NCBI GenBank assembly: GCA_030704615.1
Contig: CM060734.1
Location: forward strand, 50,158,001-50,222,000
DNA from: Takakia lepidozioides
Taxonomy: Eukaryota > Plantae > Bryophyta
Reading direction: 5' to 3'
Length of the DNA stretch: 64,000 nucleotides
Shown here: positions 63,190 to 64,000 of the stretch, in pieces
Layout: every line of letters begins with the position of its first letter
Numbering within the stretch: position 1 is the stretch's first letter
Position numbers and translations under genes: made by a program
The notes under the pieces: model-generated
Told to the model about the DNA's origin: nothing
The model's input: the letters and a program-made list of their open reading frames with translations, nothing else
The model's database searches: none

Positions 63190-63539
63190 CTATCAAATGT
63201 TCGCTCAACCAGCTAACTTGCAGAATTCAACATGAAAATTGGCCGATTTTGATATGAGGGTTAGTATGTGTGGTGGATCTATCGCTTCATGAGAATTCGG
63301 ATAGTTTGGTGGAAGTTCCTTGTTATGTTTCAGCTCTTCTCTTTCCTAGGCCCCCGAGTTTGTTGTGATTCAGTTCTGCACTCCGGTGTGACTATTGGCT
63401 TGAGCCTAAAGGCCTGATTTGGTTGTCCATGAGTAGTAACAAATGAGGTGAAGGTATCCCTGGCTGGAGATCATAGGTGCAGGCACTCCAAACCACCTTA
63501 TCTAAAACCCATTGTCTACTTCTTATGTGTAGTGCAGTC

Positions 63540-64000
63540 ATGGATGATCAACTACATGCTGTGCTATTCCAGCGATGCCAATCAGGGCGTTCGTCAGCTG
63601 GCCTTTCCGAGTCCTTGCGTAAACAAATTATGTATCATGTGTCTACTCACCGTTTCATGGATGATAAGTTTTTCAAGGAGCTCACTAGAGGGGGCATGCC
63701 ATGCTACTTGGAGGTGCCACCATGGAGCCAGTTGAATGCTTAACTGGAGCGTTTCCATTGTTCCTTGTATACATGCCACCTTGGTGTCAAGAAAACTGTG
63801 GCCCACATCCAAGAGGTATAATATTGGTTGGGAATTCACCGAGACGTCACCAAGTTCATCTCTAACTGTGAAGGTTGTCGTGCTAACATTGCTCTCCCTA
63901 GGGCTCGGATCTTGTATGAGCTGCAGCCTTTGCCTGTCACCCATGTTTTTGCTCGTGTTGGCATTGACTTAGTAGGACCCCTCGCACTCACATCAAAGGG
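63540..64000 (+). mobile_element. Integrase ORF (HHCC plus start of catalytic core) beginning at its own Met; runs off the window
   Basis: MDDQLHAVLFQRC..EVPPW..FHCSLYTCHLGVKKTV..YYW..VTKFISNCEGC..LQPLPV..FARVGIDLVGPL; one stop at 63741. Confidence 0.75.

Overview
Eukaryotic nuclear DNA with spliceosomal introns, most likely from a non-seed land plant. This is inferred from the Tcn1-like chromovirus, PHD-bearing Gypsy elements and PLS-type PPR remnants; the species cannot be determined here. Two host genes look intact: an ATL-type RING-H2 E3 ligase (-) and a PAP16-like metallophosphoesterase (-). Several genes are disabled: a truncated TRS130/TRAPPC10 copy, an LRR receptor kinase that has lost its transmembrane exons and has its catalytic HRD-DFG exon inverted, and PPR fragments. 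The rest is largely nested transposons: hAT ends, a full-length piggyBac, two head-to-head chromovirus Gypsy copies, two PHD-integrase Gypsy 3' ends, L1 and RTE LINEs, tRNA-derived SINEs and two apparently stand-alone integrase ORFs. The most notable feature is a decayed, intron-containing gene (~30.1-35.3 kb, -) that fuses a ParB/Srx-like domain to a prokaryote-type beta-class N4-C/N6-A DNA methyltransferase. All calls and exon boundaries were made by eye without database searches, and some are approximate.
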